DNA of 64,000 nucleotides, taken from Cetorhinus maximus (Eukaryota). This document shows positions 1 to 12,223 of this stretch, piece by piece. The DNA lies in assembly GCF_964194155.1 (NCBI RefSeq), contig NC_135903.1, forward strand, positions 33,914,001 to 33,978,000, written 5' to 3'. Under the pieces are notes generated by a model. The model was not told the origin of the DNA. It saw only the letters and a list, made by a program, of their open reading frames with translations, and did no database searches. Position 1 is the stretch's first letter. Each line of letters begins with the position of its first letter. The position numbers and the translations under genes were made by a program.

Positions 1-604
1 ATCTCTTGGCTGTTCTCATGATTCTTTGTAAAAGAAGATAATGAAATGCTCAGTACAAATGTTTATTACATTTTGCAAATGAATCTGATAAAGGCACGTG
101 ACATTTTAACAGCTTAAATGAAAGAATGTATTGATCAAACTAGCAATGCCTGAAACCCTTATCCATTGGGAGGCATTGGATACCAATTTGGAACAATGAG
201 ATTGTGGAAATCTGTTATAACACTCCGCATAATAAATTTTGTGCTTTAATTACAGTTTTACTGGAAATATTTATCAGCCATGCTTGAAAAAAGTATTGTT
301 GGAACTGTGATGTAGAGTGCTCTCACAATCCAATCAGTACAATTAACTATTTGAACCTGACTACAGCTATTAAAATATTTTGAAATGCTGGACCAACTAA
401 AGATAGCACATATTAAATTACTGAATCCATCCATCACTGAACCAACTCCCTTACCTGAGTGTCCCTAAAATTACTGAAGCCAGATTTCAGGAATGTGTAG
501 TTGTTGTGAGGCACAAGATATTGCATTCTACACAGGCATTGTATGGACTGCCTAACATCTGTGGTGGGGAAACTTTTATAAACAATAACCTAAGACAAAA
601 TTGT

Positions 605-760
605 TACTTGAAGAAACATGAGATAATCAATGACAGCCAGCATGGATTATCTAAAAGCAATATGTGCCTGGCAAACTAGATTGAGTTCTTTGATGAACTA
701 ACAGAGAGGTAAGTGTGGTTCATGTGTACATGGACTTTCAAAAGGCATTTGATAAAGTAC
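605..760 (+). mobile_element. Short degenerate CR1-type LINE ORF2 (RT) fragment
   Basis: Decayed SQHG...LIEFFDEVT...VYMDFQKAFDKV motif, the same as in the CR1 at 2205-2300. Confidence 0.6.
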
Positions 761-1944
761 AACTTTTGATATTTCCCCACCACTATGCTCATTACAGAGT
801 GTGATGGAAAGAATTAGACAAATTACCACATGGATAATTCCAGGCCTCCCTCAGCCAATGACCCTGGAAAAGGATCTCCAGAATTTGAAGCCCTCAATAG
901 GATGGAGATTCAGAACACGCCGTATCAGATTTGAACATCAATGAGGAGCCTATTCAGAATTTGGAACCTAACCTATTTCAGGGAATTGAAAAAAAACATA
1001 AGTCTAAAGGAGAGCGGAGGTGGGATAAGGCTCAAATAGCTAAAGAACAGGTACCTTTGATTTTAGTAGGAACTCAGTTTGAGGAACCTTTCATTAACAG
1101 AACACCTCTGTCCAAAGCAGCAGGAAAAGATTCCCAAGAGGACTTTCTTGTGAAAAGAAGAGTTTCCCATGAGTATGGCAGATTTCAAACAGAAACAGCC
1201 TTATCACCCAACTTTTCAGAATGTGAAAACCCATGCGGTATTGTTTAATGAGTGACAGGTAGAAAGTAAATTAAAATAAAATTAAATTAAATTGTACAGT
1301 TGAGAATTTTTTTGTACATTGTGTCCACTGAGCATGAGGTAGAGGTAGAATAACCATTGATTCCGAAACTTTTTCCATGACTGATGTTAGACCTGACTCT
1401 TAAACACGTGATGGCACTCGGGGTAGAGCAACCCCAGGAAAACAATTAATGACAGTTTTTTGGCCAGGAATTGAATTGTAATTCCAGCCCAGAATGTCAA
1501 TTGTCAGGACCCAAACCACATCTCCATAGTTCCCCCTACCTATAATCAAAATAGATGCCCTGGACCTGATGGGACATTTGGTGCCAATGGATACCTACAC
1601 ATTCTAGTAATGGTTGATTATGAAACCAGGTATCCAGGGCACATTCCCTTATGGAACATGGCATGAAGATACATTGCCAATCAATTACTAAGAGTGTTTT
1701 CCAGGGTAGTAATTCCAAAAAAAGATTCTGACAGATCTGAGAACTCCATTTATATCCAAACTAATGGGAGGCCTATGTGCATTTTTAAAGATTAAAGCTC
1801 TATGAATTTGGCATATCACCCCAGATCAACGGGTTGGTAGAGAGTTTCAACAAACATTTGAGAAGTACACTAAGGAAAGTAGAGACAAGGATGGCAAGAG
1901 CTTGGTCATCTTCTTACCAGACTTAATGCTGCAATCCATTAAGT

Positions 1945-3305
1945 TGAACTTCCTCCTAGGGTCTTGAAAGAAGTGGCTAGTGAGATAGTTGATGCTTTGC
2001 TTTTAATTTTCCAAAACTCCCTGGATTTGGGGAAGGTTCCATTAGATTGGGAAATAGCAAATGTAACTCCTTTATTCAAAATGGGAGGGAGGCAGAAAGC
2101 AGGAAAATACAGGCCAGTTAGCTTAACATTTGTCATAGGGAAAATGTTATTGAAGATGTTATAGCAGGGCACTTAGAAAAATTCAAGGCAATCAGGCAGA
2201 TTTATTGGAGTTCTTTGAAGGAGCCACATGTGTTGTGGATAAAGGGAAACTGATGGATGTACTGTACTTAGATTTCCAGAAGACATTTGACAAGGTGCCA
2301 CATCAAAGGTTATTGTGGAAAATAAAAGCTTATGATGTAGTGGGTAATGTATTGGCATGGATAGAAGATCAGCTGGCTACCAGGAAACGGAGGGTAGCCA
2401 TAAATGGGTCTTCTTCTAGTTGGTGGGATATAACGAGTGGTGTGCCACAGGGATCATTGCTGTGGCCTCAACTGTTTACAATTTATATAAATGGCTTGGA
2501 TGAGGGTACTGAAGGGATGGCTGCTAAATTTGCTGATGGCACAAAGATAGGTAGGAAAGTAAGTTGTGAAGAGGATGTAAGGAAGTTACAAAGTGATATA
2601 GATAGGTTAAGTGAATGGGCAAAGATTGGGCAAATGGAGAATAATGTGGGCAAATGTGAAATAGCCCACTTTGGCAGGAAGAATAAAAAAGATGCATATT
2701 ATCTAAATGGTGAGAGTTGCAGAGCTCTGAGATTCAGAGGGATTTGAATATCCGAATGCAAGAATCACAAAAGGCTAATATGTAGGTACAGCAAGTAATC
2801 AGGAAAGCTAATAGAATGATATTTTTTATTGTGGGGGAATTGATTACAAAAGTAGAGAGATTATGATTCAGTTATACAGGGCATTGGTGAGACCATATCT
2901 GGAGAACTGTGTACAGTATTGATCTCCTTGTTTAAGGAAGGATGTAAAAATAGTGCAAGAAACAGTTCAGAGAAGGCTACTAAACCGATACCAGGAGTGG
3001 ATAGGTTGTCTTATGAGGAAAGGTTGGACAGGTTAGACTTGTATCCACCGGAGTTTAGAAGAATAAGAGGTGGCTTGACTGAAACCTTTAAGATCCTGAG
3101 GGCCCTTAACAGGGTGGATGTGGAGAGGATGTTTCCTCTTGTGGGAGAATCTAGAACAAGGGGTCATGGGAAACAAAGGGGTGAAAGGTTATCAGGAGTA
3201 GGCAGGTATGTGGAGGTTACACTCAGAGCAGCCATGATCTTATAGAATGGCTGAGCAGGCTTGAGGAGCTGAGTGGCCTACTCCTACCCCTAATTCATAT
3301 GTTTG
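1945..3305 (+). mobile_element. 5'-truncated CR1-clade LINE (RT C-terminal part plus 3' tail)
   Basis: ORFs 1964-2164 (DWEIANVTPLFK..YRPVSLT), 2205-2747 (YLDFQKTFDKVPH, SGVPQGS, KFADGTK) and 2919-3245 (LSYEERL..LDL). Ends in a CR1-type 3' tail (ggcctactcct...tatgtttgtatg). Confidence 0.9.
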
Positions 3306-3769
3306 TATGCACAGGCTTCCATTGGATTTTCACTTCCCAGCTTCTCTATGTGGACAACGCATGGGCTTCTAGATATTATTGGAGAAGAATGGGGGGAACG
3401 TTTAATGGAACACATCCTGAAAATGAGCCGGAGGATGGTGGCAGTCACTCCTATAATCAGATGGAAAATCCCCAAGTAAAATAATGGGCCCAATTTCCTA
3501 CAATAAGTAGGCCAGATTAAGGTGGTTCATCAGGGTGAAGGAGTTTCGCCTTTTATTGCCATGCATGGGATCAAACTAGTGGCTCAATGGTAGGGCCAAT
3601 CTAAGGCTGGGGAACAAGTAGGCCCGAAAACTACAAGGTTAGCCTGCCTTGGAGAAGATCCATCATATTGATCTGTTAAAGTCAAGGAGTGATCAAGCTG
3701 GAGCTTCTTTTAGAATCCAAGGCCTGAGCAATGGGGATTATTCACCTGGTACCAGTGGCACTTTTAAAA

Positions 3770-4100
3770 AAAATTGTTCATGGGTTGCGGGTGTCACTGA
3801 GTAGGCCAGCATTTATTGCCCATTCCTAATTGCGCTGTTTAGAGGGCATTTAAGGATCAGCCACATTGCTGTGGGCCTGGAGTCACATGTAGGCCAGACT
3901 AGCAGATCTCCTTCCCTATAGGGCATTAGTGAACCGGGTGGGTTTTTTTTACAACAATCGGCAATGGTGACGTGGCCATCATCCGGCTTTTAATTCCAGA
4001 TTTTTACTGAATTCAAATTTCACCATCTACCATGGTGGGATTTAAACCCGGGTCCCCACGGATTACTAGCCCAGCAACTATACCAATATGCCACCACCAC
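3770..4100 (-). mobile_element. tRNA-derived SINE (same family as the intron-2 SINE)
   Basis: The minus strand reads ggtggcatattgg (A-box-like) ... gggtttaaatccc (B-box-like). Its tail gcaattaggaatgggcaataaatgctggcc matches the tail at 11530-11590. Confidence 0.65.
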
Positions 4101-5699
4101 CACCCACATCATTGACTGAAACTGATAACATTGGTCAAAAATAACAGGGGTGTTTTTAACCTCATGGCTCAGAAAATCTCATGTTATTGAACACGGCACA
4201 TGATGCCTCTGTGAAACCATACTGGAACTGTGAGGTGAAGAGACAGGAGGTCTCCCAAGAAATCAAGGCAATGCTAGAGCTAGGATTAATGGAAGAATCT
4301 CAGAGTGAATGGTCAAACCCGATAGTTTTGTTACCATGCCCAATAGGTCGTGGAGATACTGCCACAATTTTCTAAAATTAAGTAATGCAGGTAGGTTCAA
4401 TACTTACTCTGTGCCAAAGGTGGACAAGCTTACAGAATCTCTGACAAATGCCAACCTCTTGCCTATCCTGGACCTTACCAAGGGGCATTGACAGGTACTA
4501 TTAAAAGAGTCTGAGTCTGGCACAGGCAAAATAGCCTTTGCAACACCTAAAGGTCTATGCCTGTACCCAGTCATGCGATTTGGGTTCAGGGGCTCTTACC
4601 ACCTTCCAGGGATCAGAATTTGAGGTTTCATGCACAGACCACCATAGGGACAGAGAGAGGGGGGGGGGGGACCATGTGTGAGACGCAGGGTTTTTTGAGG
4701 GCTTTGCATTGGTGATAGGCACACAATTTTAAGAAGTTATACATGTCAGAATAGCCAAGGCAAGGCCTTAATTGATTTCAGCCAAACCGGCTGCTAGCCT
4801 GGAAGGTTGACAGAGGAGGAAGTAGTTCAGTTGAGGGGAGGCGTTTGGAGAGGAAGGAATTGAAAGAGAGAACAGCAGCCTGGAAATAAATCCTGTTATT
4901 ACCTTATTCCTTAGTCCATTTAAAAACACAGCAGCCATAACTGAACATTGTTCTCAGCTCTAGTTTGCATGTCTAATTGACTTTCTGGGTCCTGGGCCTG
5001 CTTCAGCTTGTTATAAGATATCAACATTGACCTACCATTTTATTATAAACATCTCTATTATATCTGTTATATATAATTCATTACAGCTGTTTGATATTTA
5101 TAATTTTGTGTGCAGAGCAATTGAATTGTACAGGTCCATTTGTAACTATGTGAACAAGATTTATTAACCTTTGAAGTTCTTTTTAAGTCATTTCAATATT
5201 TAAAATTATTTATTTGTCCTGTTGTCCCTTTTTGCCTAGTCTCCCGGAGTCACGTACTTCGGATTCACAGGAGTCCCAAATAACTTAATATCAGGCCTAT
5301 GTGCCTGTCACTGTGTGACTGGACATTGGAATGTGTATCAAAATGGCCCGGTAGGGGTCTCTCTATTTCTCTCGCTCCTCTCTTTGTAATCACTGGGCTT
5401 TTTTAATCCAGCTTCTCCCTGTGTGGAAAAGCTTGACCTAAAGTTTTCCTCTCCCCAGTGCTGAACACAAATCAGGACTTACTGCCTTAGGGAAGTATAG
5501 GAATCTCACAGCGTGACATGACATACCCCTTTGATGATGATCGATACTCTCATTGTTTTCATCCGTTCCAGGTCAAGTTCTGCTTCTTGCCTTGAGTGAC
5601 AGAACAGGGGAGGACCCGATCCTCCCGTTCTCCAGCCAGTTCACCTTCACTCACTCTCAGTCCCTCCGTTCACCAACACCCTTCAATTTCCCCTGAGAA

Positions 5700-6684
5700 G
5701 GGGAAAATGAAAGCGCATGCGCTACCATCGAAATACACTTTCACTTTCGGTGTAATTAACACGAGGGGCCATTTCACTCCGAAATTGATAAGAAAATCAA
5801 CTCCGGGGGCGACCACCCGACGGTCGACAGGGGAAAACCAGCAACGCAGGCAAACAACGGGCTGAGGATCGATGAATATGAAACATTCAATACAAAATAA
5901 TCTCAGCCACGGATCATGTCGCGGCGCAGAAAACAACCGAGAAATGAGAAACTTCTCCCAGTTAAAGAGCAGATTGTGGGACAGGTCAATCGGAGCGGAG
6001 ACAGTCTCCATGAAGCGGTGTCCCTGGGCTGTGAGCCGAGCTCTCTGCAATGTCCAACCTGTGAAGTGTGAACAGGACAAGCGCCAGGTGAACACACCGC
6101 GGGGACACAGTGGATTTCAAAGGGAATCGCTCTTCATGGGGCCCAATGTCAGCACTAAAAGCCGCCGCACCGGATCACCGCTGTCGCTCTCTCTATAATC
6201 CGGATGATAAAATCCAGCCCCCGATACATGTTCACACTGCCCCCAATTCAGAGCTTCCCTCTACACCACCTTCGTGCCCCAGGTGAGCTGAAGCCACACA
6301 ACACTGAGCTGGAACCGAGCGCTGCCTGTGATTTTCAACCGGGGATTTTCCACTCGCTGCTTCCGGAATCTCCAGCTTTTACATTCCTGACCTCAGAAAG
6401 GAAACCGGACAAACTATTGATCTCCCGCAGCTCTTCCAAAAATCCTCGAGCCCGTTTTCACTTTTCGAATGTAATGCCACACATTAAAGCCGACAGCATG
6501 GCAGCGCCAGTGAGAGCACCGAGCAGACTCCACACTCACACTCACACCGTTCGGCAGCACAGGCGCTCGCTCCCGGATCACAAGCGGCTCCGATTCGACT
6601 TTCCCAGTTTAAATCCGCCGCGGAATCACGAAGCCGTCGGTTTCTCATCTTTCACATCAGTGTTTCACTCTGGGTCGCTTGATC
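5700..6684 (+). promoter_or_regulatory. IFN promoter A (copy 1) with IRF/ISRE-like and NF-kB motifs
   Basis: GAAAATGAAA 5703-5712; TTTCACTTTC 5739-5748; kB GGGATTTTCC 6342-6351; GAAAGGAAAC 6396-6405; GTTTTCACTTTTCG 6454-6467 (reverse complement CGAAAAGTGAAAAC, PRDI/IRF-like). AT-rich TTTAAAT ~75 nt before the ATG. Confidence 0.7.
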
Positions 6685-9600
6685 ATGGCTTTGGCGAGTA
6701 TCTGGAGATTCTGGATGGTGTTGCTCTTCTTGTCCGGGACCCTCAGTCTGGGATGTGACAGGCTGCAGTTACAGCAAGTTCTCAACACAGAGACTCTCAG
6801 CAAACTGAATGCAATGGTGAGTTGAACCCAAAACACCGAGTCGGTAATTATGTTGAGGGGAGAGAGGGAATCAGCCTCCAGGAGAGATTAAATCTGGATT
6901 TGGGTGAAGGAACAAATGGGATCTGAGAGGAAATTGGAAAGCAGACATTGAGGAGGAGGGCGCTCAATGACGGAAGAAGCGGAATGTGAACCTGAAGGGG
7001 GAGAGGGGGCAAATCAGAGACAGCCCATCAGTAACAACCATTCAGAATAATAGAGCGACTTTAAGGTCTCAAGGTGCCTCACGGGAATGTTATACAGCAA
7101 CATTTGTTGTGGTGGGCACAGCAAGATTTCAAACTTTGCAGATGATACAAATTTTGGAAATGTTGTCAACTGTGATGCGGATGGTGCTGAACTTAAAAAC
7201 GACATTGGCATGTTTGTGGATTGGGCAGACAAGTGGCAGATGAAGTTCAATGTAGAGAAATGTGAGGTGATACGTTTTGGGAGGCAAGATAAGGCGAGAC
7301 CTTATAAAATAAAGGGAGTGACTCTACAGGATGTGCAGGAACAGAGGGACCTCGGTGTATATGCGGATTGGTCATTGAAGATGGCAGGGCATATTGAGAG
7401 CAGTTAATAAAGAATATACTAGCATAGGCTTTATTAATTGTGGCGTTGAGTAGAAGAGAAAAGAGGTCATGTCGAACTTGTATAAGACACCAGTTAGGCA
7501 TCATCTGGAGTACTGTTCTGGGCACCATACTTGAGGAAGGATGTAAGGGTATTGTTGAGAGTACAGAGGAGGTTAACAAGAATCATTCCCAGGATAACGA
7601 ACTGTAGCTACGCGGGAGGATTGGAGAGGTTGTCACTGTTTTCCTTGGAGAAAAGAATGTGGAGATTAGGCTTAATTGAGGAACTCAAGGTACCCTGTGG
7701 GGTATGGACAGCGTTAATAATAAGAAACCGTCTCCACGAAAACGAACATCAAGAAATATAGGGCACAGGTTGAAAATAGTTGGCAAAGGGAGTAAATGTG
7801 ATATGAGGAGCAATTTTTGAACCCAGGGTGTGATTGGAGCAAACTTCACGCAGTGCTTTCAATATTTGAAAATGAGGGTGAGAATTTTAAAATGAAGGTA
7901 TTTCTTATCCAGGAGACTGACGCTGTGTTTTGTTTGATCTCCCTGAGGAGATGCATGTCGAACAGAAATAGAAAGGGACCTAAAATAGATTCTTGGGGAC
8001 ACAGAGGCTAAACGTTGGGGCTGGGTGGGTGATGGTGGGGAAGAGATGCCATTCTGGGCTTTTACAGTCTGCATTTAGACAGTGGGAGCCAGGCAGTGTA
8101 TCCCCAACCAGCAGGCCCATGGTGGAGAAAGTTGAATTCTGATGTTCATGTCGACTATGTCACAGGGCTAGAAGGAGGAGAATGTTTTACATATGTCACG
8201 GGCATGTTGAATGTAATTTATGAATTTGCCTATCACCTTATGGAGATCTTGTGATGCAATGGGTCGGACCTGCTTTCAGGCAGAGAACTCAAGAACAAGT
8301 ACAGCCTTATAATGAATCAATGTTACCAAATGCCCCTTCATTGCCCCCTTAATGCGAATCCGTTCAATTTGGAGGAAGCATGATAATGTTCCCAAAACAT
8401 TGTTAAAACTGTTGATCCAAATTATTAGAACTTTGAGCTGGAACCGAGCGCGGGTTGTGATTTTCTCTCGGGCATCTTCCAGTCACTGGTTCAGGAATCT
8501 CCAGATTTCAGATTCCTTACCTCAGACAGGGAGCAGACAAACTCTTCCTCTCCTGAAGTCCTTCCAAAACTCCCGCAACCAGATTTCACTTATAGAGTGT
8601 AATAGCAACATCGCCAGTCCCCCCTCTTCACAGCGACAGCTCCTCCCAGCACAATTCTCACACAAACATACACAAACAGGACTGGACATTCAGGCGGTCG
8701 CTCCGGCTTCACAAGCTGCAGCATTTCCACTCCTCGTGTTTCATTCGCTTCAAAGTAACAGACTTTCGGAGTTGATCCCAGATCCGGTCAGTGTCTGATC
8801 CTCAACTCGGGGTGTTTCACTCTGGGTCGCTTGATCATGGCTTTGGCGAGTATCTGGAGAATTTGGATGGTGTTGCTCTTCTTGTCCGGGACCCTCAGTC
8901 ATATTTCTTGATGTTCGCTTTCGTGGAAACGGTTTCTTATTATTTACGCTGTCCATACCCCACAGGCTATCTTGAGTTCCTCAATTAAGCCTAATCTCCA
9001 CATTCTTTTCTCCAAGGAAAACAGTGACAACCTCTCCAATCCTCCCGCGTAGTTACAGTTCACCTCCTCTGTACCTCTCAGGGCGGACCTTTTCCCCGAC
9101 ACTGTATAAGACAGAGACTCTCACTGAAAACCAAACCCTTGAACCTGGTGAAACTCTCGAAGGAATTAGAGGTGAGTAAACACTCGGTTCATTTGATTCA
9201 CACAGGGCTTATATACAAAGTAAGATCAACAACCGGATCGGAAACTTCCACATCAGGAATTTGGAATAGAGTGATTTGTACCCATTGTGAATGTAGGAGC
9301 AGTCTCACTTATTGTATTTCACTCACTATCTCACTCATGAACTATATCACTCTCTCTAACCGCACTCACTACTCCCTTATCTCCAACTCTCTCCCTCCCA
9401 GATATTATGTCCCTCCCTCTAACTACCTGCTCTAGGAACCATCCGACTGGATCTCCCATCTCCTTTTCCTGCAGGGTCTCTAGATTATTCCGTGCAGACC
9501 ACTGCCTGATGGGCCTGTTGTCAAAGGTGTTTCTCTGCCTGAACATTTCTACACGGGATAGGTGGTGAGTCAGGTTCCAAAGGCTTCGAGTGTTCCCGAC

Positions 9601-12223
9601 AACAAGGCCAGTCCCATCCTTTGCAACACCGGGGACAGGTTGAAAGTCAGCACTTGCAGTTTGCGTTCCAAGGGTCCACGCACAGCTTGATGCAGCAAGA
9701 CACAAATGTAGTCATCAGGATGAGGGCGATGTTGACTGCGTTTGGTCCTCTGATCATTGACTATGTGAAAACTTCTCAACTTTTCTCAACCTAACACCCT
9801 TTAATTTTCTCACCGCCTCTAACCACCTCACTTCCTCTAAACATCTTATTCCCTGTAACAATTTGCCTCCCTCGAAACATCTCACTCCTCAACTGCACTG
9901 AAAGACTTTGGGGCATGAACCACGCAGGCAGGTTAGGCCATAGGAACATAGAATGATCCTGTGCTGAAGGAGACCGATTGGGCAGAATGGCCTGTTTCTG
10001 TGCCACGTTTCCGATCAACTACCTGGTGGAAAAATACGTTAGTAGGTACGCACTAACCAGCATTCATATATTCAAGAAAAATCACCTTTCCCAAACTTGA
10101 TTGAGTTATGTGATAATGTAGCAGAGAGTGTTCATGAGGTTAGTGCGCTTAATCTTCTGATGATGTCATCATACCTCTGCAGCACTTTGAATGAACGATT
10201 CAAATTATTCCCGATCTCATCCCCCATTACAATGCAAAAATCTTCTCTGACTATTTATCCAATTCTCTCTTGAAAGTTATTATTGAATCTGCTTTTGCTG
10301 TTTTGAAAATCAATCCATACGCACAGTTTTAAAAGACTAATCATCAGAAGATCCAGCGCACAATCCTCATCAACGCTCTGCTACATTAACACATAACTCA
10401 ATCAAGCTTGGTAAAGATAATTTGATGGTAAAGATGTCTCCCCAGAGATCTCTGTGTCTGAAGGTTTCCCACCACCCAAAATGGTCTAACTGGCCTGTAT
10501 TTGTTGGGTTTATCCCTCTTCCATTTTTGAATGGGATGTAAGTATTTGAAATCTTCTGGTCCGCTGCCATCATGTCCCTCATATCTAAAGAGGACTGGAG
10601 GAATGCGGCCAGAAGTGTCATTTCAACCCATGCTTTCCTCAGCAATCTCAGCTGTATTCCGACCAGATCAGGTGACTTTCCTAACCTGAGTGCTGCCAAT
10701 ATTTTACGTACCTCCTCTTTATCTATTTTAATCCTACCCAATTTCTCTACTCGCTCCCCCTTCACTGTGACTTTTGAAGCATCTGCTTGTGAAGTGAAGA
10801 CAAATTCCAAGAACTGGTTTAGGTCCTCCGCCATGTCCTTTGTGTCCCACAAGAAGATTTATTTTTTGCTCACTAATCAACACAAACAAACATTTATTTA
10901 CATGCTTATTAAAAGTTATTAGCTTCCCTCTTATGTGACCTGCTCATCAATTCTCATGCATTCTGTTTATTCCTTATTTCTTTTGATAACTTTTCTCCAT
11001 ATTGGCTGCATTCAGCTTGGTTCCTCACTCAGCTAAGAGCCTAATGTTTCACATAAGGCTTCGTTTTCTGTTTTGTTTTAATGTCTACATCTTTTGGCGA
11101 TGAGGTCATTGACCTTGCCATGCCCTTCCTTTCTGCTTCATTGAAAGGAGTCCAGTCTGCAACCATAACATCTCCACTTAAAAAGAGCCTCAATTGCTAC
11201 TTTCCTCCTGAGGAAGCACTATTTAAGAGGAGTCAGTGGCTTAGTGGTAGATTCACAGGTTTAATAATTCATGGCCTAGGCTAATGCTCTGGGCACCTGA
11301 GTTCATGCCCCATCACACAGCTGGTGGAATTTTAATTCAATCAATAAACGTGGAATATAACACTAGTGTCAGTAATACTGACCATGCAACTATCATGGAT
11401 CTTTGTAAAACCCTTCTGATTCACTAATGCCTTTTAAGAAAGGAAATGTGACTTCTGCATCTGGACTGGATGACATGTCACTCTCAGCACATGGTCGAAT
11501 CTTCACTGTCCTTTCTAATATTCAGTTCAAGGGACATTAGGGATGGACATGTAATTCTGGCTTTGCCAGTGATGCACACATCCCATGAATGTCTAAAGGA
11601 AAATAGAATCCTTGATTCAAATACACCTGGGCCAGATCCCCTTTAAATGCACTAAAATTAATCCTCCCCCTTTTGCCCATTTTCAGCTGTATTTGTATTT
11701 TGTTCTTTAACATAGTCTGTTCTAAAATTAAAAGTGAACATGTCCTTTCTAATGTCATTCTCTACATTATACACAGATACAGGATAGGATCCAGATTGTC
11801 CATCAAACCCTGTGTCACATCAGAAAGATCTACAGCATGAACCTGGGTTCAGCCGCATGGGCCCAGGACAAGGTGGAAAACCTTCGGCTTCTCCTGGATC
11901 GGCAGCTCGGTGAGCTGGAAGAATGTGTCAGGAAACCAGGATCAGAGCACAAGATGAGGAGAAACTCCGCCATTCACAATTACTTTAGGAAACTGGAAAA
12001 GTTTCTCAAACAGGAGGTAGGTCAATTGATAAATGACAATGTGATTGCTGGCATGTAGTTCATTTCACCACATTTAAATCTGCTCATTCTCTAATCGGTT
12101 TCCCTGAATAATTTTCTTTTTCAGAAATTCAGTGACTGTGCCTGGGAAATAATGCGCAATGAGACCAGAGCCCGTTTACAACAGCTCCTTTTCATCATAG
12201 CACAAATCATCAGAAGAAACTGA
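6685..12223 (+). CDS. IFN1: Type I interferon, copy 1 (4 exons, 186 aa; requires exon 1A to splice to exon 2)
   Basis: Exons 6685-6816 (MALASIWRFWMVLLFLSGTLSLG-CDRLQLQQVLNTETLSKLNAM), 9082-9171 (GGPFPRHCIRQRLSLKTKPLNLVKLSKELE), 11777-12016 (IQDRIQIVHQTLCHIRK...EECVRK...YFRKLEKFLKQE), 12125-12223 (KFSDCAWEIMRNETRARLQQLLFIIAQIIRRN*). All introns are phase-0 GT-AG; CAWE motif present. The proximal exon 1B is broken. Confidence 0.8.
7085..7835 (+). mobile_element. CR1 LINE fragment between exon 1A and exon 1B (homologs ~38520-39270 and ~48010-48980)
   Basis: ORFs 7087-7407 (FADDT, WADKWQMKFNVEKCEV, QRDLGV) and 7531-7761 (RVQRRLTRIIP). Confidence 0.85.
8430..8900 (+). pseudogene. Promoter B plus truncated exon 1B of IFN copy 1
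   Basis: ATG at 8837 reads MALASIWRIWMVLLFLSGTLS and is then cut at ~8900 by an inverted CR1-derived insert, so the splice donor is lost. The IRF motif has decayed to TTTCACTTATAG at ~8584. Confidence 0.8.
9430..9745 (-). mobile_element. Tx1/L1-clade LINE ORF2 C-terminal fragment in intron 2 (present in all full units)
   Basis: The minus strand reads NIALILMTTFVSCCIKLCVDP...LSPVLQRMGLA...NTFDNRPIRQWSAR...EKEMGDPVGWF, which resembles fish Tx1-type ORF2 tails. Recognised from memory; not searched. Confidence 0.5.
10440..11080 (-). mobile_element. CR1 LINE fragment (pre-RT region) in intron 2 (homologs ~18000-18620, ~41950-42590, ~52590-53230; largely deleted in copy 4)
   Basis: ORF 10370-10852 on the minus strand: MAEDLNQFLEFVFT...KSPDLVGIQLRLLRK, equivalent to the CR1 MAE.LN.YF.SVFT / KSPGPDGIHPRVLK motifs. 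Confidence 0.75.
11230..11600 (+). mobile_element. tRNA-derived SINE just upstream of exon 3 (present in all 7 units)
   Basis: A-box TGGCTTAGTGG, B-box GAGTTCATGCC, and the tail ggacattagggatgg...ctggctttgccagtgatgc...catcccatgaatg. Confidence 0.65.

Larger units (their letters stand above)
1330..4620 (+). mobile_element. Degenerate Ty3/Gypsy LTR-retrotransposon pol relic with integrase before RT (Gmr1-like order), interrupted by CR1 and SINE insertions
   Basis: Integrase-like remnants at ~1590-1935 (YPHILVMVD..., AYHPQINGLVESFNK..LRSTLRK) resume after the CR1 at ~3308 (QASIGFS...LLY). RT N-terminal remnants at 4181-4620 (EIKAMLELGLMEESQSEWSNPIVL; YSVPKVDKL; LDLTKGH; AFATPKGL..VMRFG). Many stops and frameshifts. 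Confidence 0.65.

Noticed and set aside
6204-6758. Repeated 165-184 aa ORF MIKSSPRYMFTLPP... (also at 15833, 27217, 37620, 47113)
   Set aside because: It overlies the GC-rich promoter A, runs out of frame with the IFN exon 1, its C-terminus is shifted by a 19-bp indel between copies, and it has no recognisable domain. Recurrence is explained by recent duplication.
11230-11320. tRNA gene
   Set aside because: The A/B-box-like head continues into a SINE body and tail; no cloverleaf is evident.
11837-12058. Stand-alone 73-aa ORF MNLGS...AGM
   Set aside because: It is the internal part of IFN exon 3 reading into intron 3, not a separate gene.
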